Shown here piece after piece: positions 39,123 to 51,624 of a stretch of DNA of 64,000 bases (position 1 is its first letter; each line of letters opens with the position of its first letter). The notes below the pieces were generated by a model, which was given only the letters and a program-made list of their open reading frames with translations, was not told where the DNA came from and did not search any database. A program made the translations under genes and the position numbers. The stretch is taken from assembly GCA_012026655.1 (NCBI GenBank), contig JAAILG010001037.1:1-64000 (forward strand), given 5' to 3'. Origin of the DNA: Hydrolagus affinis (taxonomy: Eukaryota).

Positions 39123-39293
39123 ACTGAACTCCATGTCATCATTGAAAACCATCCCCCAGCAACATTTGGAACAATACTGATATAGAGGGTAGGGTCATAG
39201 GAAATTTTGCAAGTTCCTACTTCCAACGCTGAAAACGGCCAACAAAGGTAACACGATGGGCTGAACGTCCTTCTACTGTGCTGTAAATGTCTA

Positions 39294-39557
<264 letters not shown>

Positions 39558-41402
39558 TTAAGGAAGGAACATTTTAAATGCTGATTAGTTTTCATAGAAA
39601 TCCTACAAATGGTGGCTTCATTTAAACAGATGTAATCAGCAACGGTGCCCTGTGCTGACTTAAAATTCAAATACAATTTTCAAACGACAGACTGAAGGTG
39701 AGTGAACTGTAAATACTGCAGCCCCTCACCCCACGTGACAAATATCCCCATCCTCGCCATTCTACATTCCCCAGCATATCAATTTCAAAATCCTGCTTTT
39801 TTTTATCCCTTTATTGTCTTGGTCCACACTATTGAATGCTTCTCAAACATCATTTTCCTGCTCTTCCAACTCTGATCTACTGCACATTCCTGACTCCCTC
39901 CTTTCCACTATCAATATTGAAGCTTTCAGCCACGAACTTCAGCATCTTGGGACATCCTCCCAATCTGAAAGGTGCTGTATAAATATATGCTGTACTGTAA
40001 TCTTTTTGAAATTCTCTCCCCAAATCCTTTCAACTTTTCCTTTCCCCATCTTCAAAATCCATATAAAAACACATCCGTTTGACCATGCCCTTGTCAACAT
40101 CCTCAAATTTCCCCTTCCTTGCTCGGAAATCCCCATCTTCTTTTCAAAGCTCTTTGAAATGTTCATACTCTGTGAAAGGGGCTAATAAAAACCTGACTAA
40201 CTGACAGAAACTACCCCATATCCTGTCAGAAACTAATGTGTCTGCACTTTGGCCCATGTCAAGCTAATACCTTAAGTCCAAGGCTTATAGATACTCAGAT
40301 TTAAATATTAAAGGAAAACTAACTAAATGATCCTGCAATTACTTCAGGGTTAGTTTTCAATTCTTAATAATTACGATGAGAGAGTCAGATCTGCCCTTTG
40401 GCAATTCCTCCTGTCTGAGCTCTCATCACCTGCTATGTGAGGGCTTAGCCCAGTGTGAGTCAGGGAACACAGCCAAATCAGACACTGGCACACAAGCAAG
40501 ACATGCAAACCTGCTTCAAAAGAGTGCGTCTCAATTTTATTCAGTGTTCTGCATCCAGTTAAAGGCAGTGTGCAAGGAGTTTCTCAGGCAGCTTTTGGTC
40601 AACAAAGTAAATGTGGATTAAATGGATTCAGAAAATATTAAAACGTGCAGTTTAAGAGCTGAACAAGGTGCTGCATTCTGTCACATACCCGCAGCCGAAT
40701 CTCTCCAGAGATATATTTGAATCACAAATATACAGTCAATTAATTTTATATATATTCTGTGAAGCGCTTTGAGAGACACCTGGAAGACGTGAAAATCACG
40801 ATATCAAATGCAAGAATTATTATTAGACTTTAATAAATGGACAGGGTGTCAAATATCACAAACAAATGCTGCTGGGGTGTTCAACAATCATCTCTTCCAA
40901 TAGTTCACTGGAGAATTGAGCAATGGTTATCCCACTCATCAAAAGGACAACATGAGGGATAACACAACGGACAAAAATGTGTCAACCGTTCCAAAGTCAG
41001 ATATTCTATATCACCCTTTATTGGTTGAATAGGTAAATACAGGAATAGATGAAAACAAGGATTCCCTGCTCTGTGCCAGTGTCTGAATCCTCAGCTGCGT
41101 TAACAGTGTGGCAGTAGACGGAATGAAAAGCACTCAGTATCCCTGACCAAGGTGAGATAGTAGAAACAAGAGAGGTTGGAGAAATAGCTTCATTTTTGAG
41201 AAAGGTTTGAGTTGTAAAACCAGCACTGTGCCCAAAAGCCTTGCTAACTTTTTATTGTTGATTTCTAAACAATAATACAATTTCTATAGATCCGATTTAG
41301 CTCCAACAGGCCAACATGGTACCAATACAAAATTTGGAATTGACTGCAAGACTGCCTGAGAAACTGCCATAGTATGCGAGAGACAGAGACAGAAAGACTT
41401 AC

Positions 41403-41615
41403 CTGCATTAGGAGTGGAAGAAACAGCAGGGAGAGATGGTGAGGTGAAGCCATCAGCAAGGGGCTGGGCTCCTGATACGGAGTCTGGGGTCGGTATTGGA
41501 ACATGGGTAGGGGTTGGAGAGGGCACAGGAACTGGAGTTGGAGCGGGGGTAGGGTTGGGGGTTGGGACTGGAGTAGGGTGAGGAGTAGGGGGTAGTGGAG
41601 GGGTGCCAGCAGAGC
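41403..41615 (-). CDS. ABI2: ABI2 Pro/Thr-rich cassette-type exon (213 nt)
   Basis: GSAGTPPLPPTPHPTPVPTPNPTPAPTPVPVPSPTPTHVPIPTPDSVSGAQPLADGFTSPSLPAVSSTPNA. Both ends resemble human ABI2 (GSAGTPPLP...GAQTLADGFTSP). cctgaag| and |gtaagt; phase 1-1. Confidence 0.9.
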
Positions 41616-44600
41616 CTTCAGGAAGGTTGTAAAAGAAGGGTTAATATAAAGAAGATTAGCGGGGATAAGAAAGCCAGTTTAGCAGTTAGTAGCATGTCCC
41701 ATCACCCAAGTACCATGCTTAGAATATTGCAATGCAAAGCTCCAGAAGAGAAACACCACAAATGAAAGAATCCTATTGGTCTCAATGTTCAGATATCAGA
41801 AAAATCGAGCATCAATTCAGTCAGATTCTACATGTTTAAACAATAAATGTGTCAATTTACAGTACCATTTTTAGCACTGTCAATCACTAAGTCTGCTGTC
41901 TCATTATGTGAAACACAAAGCAGTCACTCGCTTTTACTCATTTATCTCTTGCTTTCCCAAAGACATTTGGTCAGATACAGGTTTGCAGGTGTCAGTTATC
42001 CTCCAGCACAGCACTCTACCCAAGTGGCCATTCATTCATGTATGAACCTGAATGGTGAGTGTTGGCAACTGTGGAGAGCATCACAATCAAGCCTGATCCT
42101 GTTCTCACTTAATGTCCAAATGCTTACCGCTCAGCAGATGTTGGATAGCAATCAATATTGGAACCCAGCCCAATGTTTCTTCTCCCTAGCCCACGTTAAT
42201 TACAATATTCCAACTGATTGGCAAATTCAGCAGAAATTAGGATTCAACTCTACGATTTTGGCTTAGCGCAACAACCGGCTTATTTATTCACCTGGAAATT
42301 GGTCACACTTGTAAATTTTGAATTTGTGGAAGTATACAATGGTACACCTCAAATCAAACAGTGAAAATTATATAATCATTTTATTATATATTATTATAAT
42401 ATATATTATAATGGAACTGATCTGCTAATCATATTGAAGCAGTGACCTAACCTGTTCTTGCTTTGTCACAATAATGTAGGAGAGATAGAATGTTATGTGT
42501 AAGAGAAAGGCGAAGACCTTGTCTTAAACAGTCAAAACATGATTAATAAACACTGCAACAATTGCAGCCATTCCACCGTTCTCTGGAAGCCAGCCCAATC
42601 AAAGGCTTTGGTTACAATCTCTTGCTACCAGAAAAGGAGTTTCCTTCAAAACTGCACTGAAGAAACCTAGCTGTATTCTTGCACCAATTTAATGCAATAT
42701 TTAGCACTGGAAGAAGCAAAAGTAAGTTACTCTGCATGGCTCCATGTGACTTCAACTCACCAACTCACAAAGTTTAGTTTTCCTGGGAGCTGACAGACAA
42801 GTCTTTGCATAATCTCTGGGTGAGAAGTTATGTTTGAAGGCCCACATCAGGATGTCAAACTCACAGACTGGGCGGCACTTCAAATTAACACATCTGCCTG
42901 TTTAGTTGGAGTTAAAGAATCCAATGAAGCTATTCAAAATGAAGTAAACCTACATGTTTATAATGCCCTTTACACATCAAAACGTTCCAGAGTGCTTCAC
43001 AGGTAATCACCATCAGGTTCTGTCATTGTTTTTGTAGTTCAAGAATGGCGATTTTTCTGGCATCATCTTGTCTAACAATCCTCCAGACTAGTGTTCCAAA
43101 GTGTTCAGTCATCAGACTGTTGCTTGCTGGTCTTTGCTACCCCCAAACGACTGCTGCTAAAAGCCTATGAAAGTTACTACACTCAACAGCGGACAGTTGT
43201 CAAACATTTTGTGACATCTTTATTTGCTAAGGTGCAATACATTCTTTCCTTAAAAGAGGCATTTTACACAATACTCCAGCAAAGTATCAACCAGCAAAGT
43301 GGGGCTGCTCTGTTGGAGTAAGATCTTTCTGCACTAAATCTTAGCTTAAGAGTTTAAAAACTGCTCAGCTACTGGTGCTTATGCTCAGGTCAGTTTCTAA
43401 TTTCCAATATCAGACTTTTATTTGGATGAGCCTTTACTATGACTATCTGGTAGTTTTGCAGATGTGGTGATTCCCACTGTATCTGGTAAACATTGTGGCT
43501 GTTGACAAAAGAGAAAATAAAGAGCAGAGCGCTGAAGCACTAATATATAAGCGCCACTTTACCATCTTTGTGCAGACACTTTGGTACGAAATCAACAAAT
43601 GCCCGTGAAATTGGGCTTTTTCCATTGGATTTGAATTTAAAGGGAAAACAAAGCTTGCTCCATGATGGTTTGCCCGGCAAAGGGAGAGCAAGCTGAGCCA
43701 AGTCACTTGCGGTGTCCAGATACCTGAGCAGCCAGGTCTAAAGTCAATAATGATGAGAAAGACCAACATGGTTACCTCATCTGGAGATCTGAAGGGGCAG
43801 ATATGTGACTTGTGGTGGGGGATTCTTTTAAAGGCACCGATAACTCCCAATGCAATGCTCTAATGATGGATTGATTTGAGCTGAACTATGCAGACTTCAG
43901 AACTAACAAAGCTAGTTCCTTCTCCTTAATCGTAAACCTTTCACTGAATAATGAAATGCCGCTAGAACTTTCCTGTGACTACACGATTCAAGACGAGCAG
44001 AGGCACAATGAAAGACTTTCCTATCATCATACAACAGAGAACCTCCCTATAAACTTAATAACAAATCTTAGTCCTGATATTGTACATGTAACAATATTAA
44101 ACTCAATCAGAATATCATCGTGTTGAACTGTTACATGGATATTCTGAAAACGTTGGCTACTATGGTTAAGGAAAAGAGAGGAGACAAATTCAACATTTTA
44201 ACTTGTTTTTTAAATGAATTGAGAAAAATGGAGAGCGAGCACAATTACTGGGGAAATATTTTCCGAAAAAAGATTCAAATCCATTGCAGGACTGAGCATG
44301 CAAGACTCAATAATCACTTGAACTCCAAGAGAAGAGAGTCTGGAAATCCCTTCCATTCACTGTCTGTTTATTAGGCTTGATGGAGTCCATGAGGCCAGTT
44401 TCTTTTGAAAACTGTTGTTTTTATTTGCCCACTGCTGCTTGTGGCAGATGGGATAGTCAGGAAATGCAGCTGCTGCACAGGGTCCTCATCGGCACTGATG
44501 TCTCTGGCAAGATGACTACAAACTACTGATCAGATACCAAATAAGCATCCTCTACTCAGAGCGGCCACAGCTCTCTCTTAGCACACCCTCCCCTGCAAAA

Positions 44601-45604
44601 TCATTTTCATATGTTGAGAAACTTGCTGTGCATTTCCAGTAATTGCTAGTTTTATTTCACTCTATTTAAAATAACACTGACTCAACAAACATCAATAAAT
44701 GACCCACTCAAGATGAAGCCACAGGATTCACCACTGATCATTTACTGCCCTTCAGCCATTCTGCCCCCACCCTTTGGAACTCCATCCCTTGCCTCCTTCA
44801 AGACCCATCTCAAAGCCCCCTCTTCAACCATGCATTTGATCAACCTCTTCCCACCCCACCCCCCTCTCCAATCCCTACCTACAGCTCGGATCCGAAATAC
44901 TGTCTATCCAGCCCCTCGGGGTGTCCTCCCAACATGAAAGGCGCAATACAAATGTAATTTTGTTGTGTTGCCCTCCTACAAGATCTCAGTGACTGTGACT
45001 CAATTCACCACATAAGTGATCCAAAATCAAGCAGGCAGCATAAGACATCTAGATTAACATAGCATAGTATATTACGTTATGTATCTATAAATACTTAGAT
45101 AGTTTTACCTGCCCTAGCAGGTAAATGGAATTAGGATAGAAGATCAGACATGATATTATTAAATGGCTTGAGGGGCTGAATGGCCTACTCTTGCTTCTTA
45201 TTTTCTTAAATACCACATTATTGTCTGAATCCTAAAATGTAATTTATTGGCACAACTGGATCAATCTAAATTGAAAGCTGCAGACTCATTGTTGACTTGC
45301 ACTCCACCAGCTTCAATTAGCACTCCCCAAGTCGCTAGGCTATGCCTGTATGCGTAGGTAGTTACAGCACTCCTGCAACCTATCTCTATATTTAAACCGC
45401 ACAGGAAGGTTTTCCAAAAATTGAGTTGTATTCTCACATTTGTTTCACACACTCCAGCAATTAATTTGCTGAAAAATTCTTCGTCGGGCCACAATTTCAG
45501 TACAAACTGGCAAGGCTTTATTCTGTCTCAAGATTTTGAGATGCCTGATGTTAGTAAAGTTGCTTTGAGGGATCATGAAGGTTGAAAGAGAGCCGTGAAG
45601 TTTA

Positions 45605-45898
<294 letters not shown>

Positions 45899-46081
45899 TT
45901 ATCAATCTTCATTCCTGACCGACAAAAGAGGACAGGTCGGTCAGTCTAAAGCTGCTGGCAAGGCAACAGTAATAATAATAATGATAATAATAATAAACAT
46001 TAATCCTTGCATTTGATATTCCTGACCGCTCATCAACCCCTTTTGTGGTCCTCTTTCATTTGCACAACTCATCACTGACTT

Positions 46082-46190
46082 ATAATAATCCTTGTGTTTG
46101 ATATAGCGCTTTATCATACCTTCGAGACGTCTCAAAGCGCTTCACAGAATATACTATAAAATATATTGTTTGTATATTTTATGGGCAAGA
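46082..46190 (-). mobile_element. SINE 3' fragment
   Basis: aataatccttgtgtttgatatagcgctttatcataccttcgagacgtctcaaagcgcttcacagaatatact. Confidence 0.8.
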
Positions 46191-47111
46191 CTTACTGGCG
46201 ATAAAAGATTACCTATTACTAATATGCATCTGCAAACAAACACTGTGTATCTGTAATGTCCAGTTAAATGGAAGGATTATTATTATCCACATCACAGCCT
46301 TACAAAGTGCAGCTAAATATAAATGCCAGCACTGAACCAATTTTTTCCATTTTAGAAATGAAGAATTCAATACAGTTGAAAAAAAGCAATTCCATTTGTA
46401 AGCTATTATCACTGAGTATTCTTTCACTGATCTGAAGACCTTTCTTACGATATACAATGACGTATCCATTTAAATGATATTTGTCAAATGGATTGCCTTC
46501 ATTCTTCCAGTCCCTGCTGGCCCACTCTGCTTCTTAAAAGACATACGGAAACTTTGTATAAATGCCCCCACCCCCACCATAATAGTCACCAAATAATCAA
46601 AGCATCACTAAACTGAGTATGTTTGCATCTATTTCATCACACTGAAAAAGAGCAGTTATCCTTCCACCTGTACACACAGCAAGCATCCCGTCAACAATAA
46701 CAAATTACATTTGTATAGCACCTTTCATTTCAGGAGGATGTCCCAAAGCGCTGAAGAAACAAGTCCCAAAGCCCTATCCCACCAGGTTGTGAGCAGCACT
46801 AGTCATTTTTTCAGTGAACTTTCTTCAATCTTCTCACTTGCCCATTCACCTCATGGAGACAGTCTCGGGACCAAGATTTTGTTCAGAATTGATCTCAATC
46901 TAGTACCTCCTTTCCCCGCTGAAGGCTAAAAATAAATTCTGAAAATCTCACTGAACAGCCTCCATTCCCCTCACAAAAACCTATTTGATTGCAGATTGTA
47001 AATGAGACATATAAGATAGAACAGGAACGATTCGCCTGGCCTCAGTGCAAAAACATTACAAGTAAATTTAGATAGAAAAGTTTCTGACACAAGGAGGAAA
47101 ATCCCTTGTTA

Positions 47112-47354
<243 letters not shown>

Positions 47355-47544
47355 CTATTTGGACCACAAGCTCCACTCAGCCTGACCACCCGACCAGCCC
47401 AATTTTGTACGCTTCCGCAAATTCATCCACCTAGATCTGAGTCTAACCTTTCACTTTTGAATTTTTTATAATGGTACTTTGTAATTCTCAACAGAATCTC
47501 CAAACGGAAAATACTTCACCAACTTCAGATACTATTCCGCACAT

Positions 47545-48012
47545 TGCTTTTACTCACGTTCTCCATTCTGCAGCTTGTGTCCTCTCTACTGCACTAGGTT
47601 CTGTGAACCCATCACTTCCACCCCCGCCCGGCTCCATCGGCACCCCAGCCCCCAGAGGATCAAATTCAAGATCCTCACCCTCACCTTCAAGGCCATTCAC
47701 GGCCTTGCCCCTTCCTACCCTCCGACCTGCTGACTCCCGATCAACCTGGTTGGGCTTTCAGCCTCTGTGCCTCCACACCCTGGAACTCCAATCTACAGTC
47801 CCTTCACCTTGCTTCCTCCCTTGCCGCCTTCAAGGCCAGTCTCAGGAGTCTCCTTTTCGATCGTGCCTTCTGTCACCCTCTCCTCAACTCCTACCCTGCT
47901 ACTCCCCTGTGCTCGGGTCCTGACCCCTGACTGTTCAGTGCCTCGGGACATCCTCTTGATGTGAAAGGCGCTCTATAAATGTAATTTTGTTGTATTTTAT
48001 TGTTGATGTTGT
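47545..48012 (+). mobile_element. L2-type LINE 3' fragment
   Basis: RIKFKILTLTFKAIHGLAPSY-type remnant and tail gggacatcctcttgatgtgaaaggcgctctataaatgtaattttgttg. Confidence 0.8.
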
Positions 48013-48049
48013 TGTAGGTCCAAGTTCATTCCAACACCAGTCAGTAAAG

Positions 48050-48175
48050 TTTGCCCACAAAACATAGGTCAATTAATTTACAATACATTCTGTGAAGTGC
48101 TTTGAGAGGTCTCAACAAAGTGATCGGGCCCTATATCAAATGCAAGGATTATTATCATTATTATTATTATTATAA
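48050..48175 (+). mobile_element. SINE 3' fragment
   Basis: ttctgtgaagtgctttgaga...tatatcaaatgcaaggattattatcattatt. Confidence 0.78.
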
Positions 48176-48501
48176 TTGAAGGAGTATAGGATCAGGGATT
48201 CAACTAAAATAAATTTCCTTTAATTGTATATTTTACATATAAGTTTGCTTTAGATTCCGTGATCTGCATTGTGGATTGGATTTTTGTGGATTGGATTTTG
48301 TGGAACCTAGGGAGTCTTATTCGATCCTCAACTGTCTTTTCTCCTTCACACCCATTCCAATGTAATTTTGTTCTTGTAAATTTACTTAATGACTCAAGTA
48401 TAATCTGAGGCAAGTTTCACTAAGGTTGATTTGAGAGAAGGACGTGGACTGACTGAGAACCTTTCCCCTCTCCCCACAGTGTGTGTGCATTGTTGCGCTT
48501 A

Positions 48502-48624
<123 letters not shown>

Positions 48625-49877
48625 TTACTGAGCGTCCTGAGCACTGGGATATCACAATGAAGAAGAAACTGTCTCAAGACAAGAACTTTACTTTACCAAA
48701 AGAGAAAGGAAAGGAAGGACAGGAAAAGAGGCCAAGCCATGCAAATAGCACTGCAGCTTTCTAGTAGCTAAACAAGATCTACTTCCTCACAGGACAGCAC
48801 AGGGTTTGAAAGTTTAAGACAGCAGAAAAGCACTTTTTAAAAAAAAAGAAATTGAGAATGTTTCAGTATGCAAACTGGGATGTCAACATGAGTCATTCGA
48901 AACATATCTACTTTGTATTTCGTTCATATCTATTACATAAGGGAAAAACTTTCATGTTTGCAGAAAACAAATACTAAAGGAGGCTTAGTTTTTTTTAACG
49001 AAAGAATAAACATTGATTTCTGCAAACTTCAGGGAGCAGAAAGAACCTGAAGAGATGACTTGAGTGCAGGGGAATGCACAGTCAGAAATATACTCAACAG
49101 CATTTTTTTGTAGAAAAAGATAGAGTGTCATACATGAGGCACGAAGAATCTTTAGTTCCACAGGAGGGCAAACTTCAAATGTGGGATTTCCCTTGAAATT
49201 GGGAGCCCAGAGAACCCGGGCTAAGTAAATGAAGCCCTGAACAGTAATTTTCAAAGGTATATTCACTTCAAAGTTAAACAATTCTCTTTTATATCATCTA
49301 AAAACAATTTAAGGTGAAGATTTGATGGGCGGTATCTTTTCTTTTGAACCCTGCAACATTTTTTTAAAAATTCAATGTCCTGAGGACTCTGCTGATATAT
49401 CAAAATTAGCAAGAAGTCTTTTGCGTTTCATAGCTCGAGTGTCTAACAATCCATTTCAGGCAGCTGTGGGTATTGGCATTGCCAGTGTTGGCAAAAGCTT
49501 TGATGAGAGAGGAGATCCAAGAAAGCAGTTTGAATATTCTCCATCAAACTACGCTAAAGTTTCTCTTCCTACATTACCATTTCACCTCAAATTAGAAAAA
49601 ATATACTTGTTTGCAAGCTGCTGCCTTAATTGAATTTGAAATTTATCCAAACACTGCATCCCCCTGTGAGATACAGAGAGCAATATTTCTACTCAGTCAT
49701 AAATTACTACATCAGCACGAGAGAACAACAGGAGTGAAATTATTTATTCTAGATATGTAACCATTAATAGTCAGGTCACATCATGGGTGAGAATCAATAG
49801 GTCAGAACCAACTTTACATTGGTGAAGTTACAATGCCTGTCATTTCTTCCATCACAACCCAGCTCACCCGGTCAGAG

Positions 49878-49981
49878 AAAAAATAATCTAGTCAGTGGAG
49901 TGCTTCCAATCCTGGTTTTGAAATTGTTTCCAGCTGCTCCCAGGCCTGTTTGTAAAAAGTTCCCAAGTGGAGAGATACCTT
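49878..49981 (+). repeat. ~104-bp dispersed duplicate, copy 1
   Basis: Near-identical to 55242-55345 (about 5 differences by eye). Confidence 0.92.
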
Positions 49982-51606
49982 GCATGCAGGCTGCCACAGA
50001 ATTCATCAACCTTCATCTGGTGTCAAAATTAAACCTTTCAACACCATACAGCTGATGCTTCAGTTAGCAGAGATTGCTACAAGTGCTGAGTTAAGAGGGC
50101 TCAAGCATGATTAATAGTTCTTGTAGATATCAAGGTTACACTCGGGCCACTCACACTTCCAGCTCAAGAGTGATAAAGGAAACAAGAGTTCTGTACTACA
50201 ATGTGCAGCACTTAGCTCTGCCTACAAATCCCAACTTTCTGAGATCCCCACCTCTATTGTGACTGTGAGGAAGTGCTCAAGATCTCCACAAAGAGAGCAA
50301 ATAAAACCTGGAACGGAAATCCTGGCTCATTTGTTCTGGGTGGGCAACATCAATGCATTATTGGTAACCTGGGAGCAGATCAGGGTGGTGCAGAATTTGG
50401 GGAGACCCGAGGAAGGAGATTGAGGAAATATGACCTGACCGGTGAGTTTAGGAATAATGCAGAAAGAACCAAGCAAGCCTTTAGATTACTTTTTAAAAAT
50501 TAATACTTACATATATAGAACAAATAGGATATCACAGACTGAGGTGAATTCCTGCTATTGCAACTATATAAAGAAAAGATTGAAACCATAAATGCTGGAG
50601 AACTACAGACTCTGTGTGGGGGTGCGGGGGACGACGACGTGGGGTGGAGTAAGCAGGATCTCCTTTGAACTGAGCTTCAAGGTGACATGCTTAGCAATAG
50701 AATTTCAGAATCTCGTCAACCCTCTGTGGGGGTCTTGGTAGTCCTGTTCCTAAGGCACGCAGGTCTACAAACCTCCAGGTCACTGCCAATGACAGCCTAG
50801 CCAACCAGGTTCATTAGAGGACTTAAGAGATGCGATGGGAGGCAAGGATTCATTCTATTGAGCTCCCATTACCCCTGCAAACCAAAACACTAAAACATAG
50901 GATGGTCCTAGTTAGGCAGCAGGAAGCTTGCCACTCAGTGCTTTAATTCGCTGGTTAAACTCCAGCAGTATTTGTCCAAGATTTGTCTCTTGCCAATGTG
51001 CCCCGAAATGAGTTAAGCAGGGTGTATTCTTCCAGAAAGAGTGTGTATTACATTTCGGACATGGAAATTTTCACATATAGGTGGGACACATGAAACAAAG
51101 TCTGGGTTGGATACCAGTAAGCAGGATGATGGAGTCCCTGGTCCCCTCAATCCATGGCCAAATATAATCTGCTGTTTCTTGTATGAGAAATTTTGGAAAA
51201 TCACAAGAATCCATGACTGACTGACAGATAAATTATATTGTCCAGCCTGGTATTCCAATGTTCACCCACTTCCCTGCACGATTGCAGTGAAGTTACGCAC
51301 TAACCAGCTTCCCCAAGATCTGCAATTGTAAACATGTTTGTACTGTAAATTCCAGATTATAAATAACTCGCAACCCAAATGAAGCTGTCATTTTAGGCCA
51401 CTGAAATCACATAGAAATATAAGGTGCCGAGCACAATTTGTGAGGAAAAAAAGGAGATGAGAAAGTGCAATTACTAGAATTTATGGTCAATCTTTTCTTT
51501 TACAACAACTTCGATTAAGGAATTATCTGCAGTATCTGGAACTCCCCGGTGAGTGATATCCTCAGCATAGCAATAGGATGACAGAGAAGGCCCTGAAATA
51601 TCTTAC

Positions 51607-51624
51607 CTTAAATCTAAGCAACCA
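51607..51624 (-). CDS. ABI2: ABI2 18-nt microexon (WLLRFK)
   Basis: Minus strand reads ...tgcattaag|TGG TTG CTT AGA TTT AAG|gtaaga. The peptide matches the WLLRFK insert I recall in vertebrate ABI2, at the expected position between GHGVK and VSTQN. Confidence 0.93.

Noticed and set aside
49134-49236. Possible 103-nt frameshifting (poison) exon in ABI2: gttcag|...CAT|gtatga on the minus strand
   Set aside because: The polypyrimidine tract and donor are weak and such pairs arise by chance; unsupported without RNA data.
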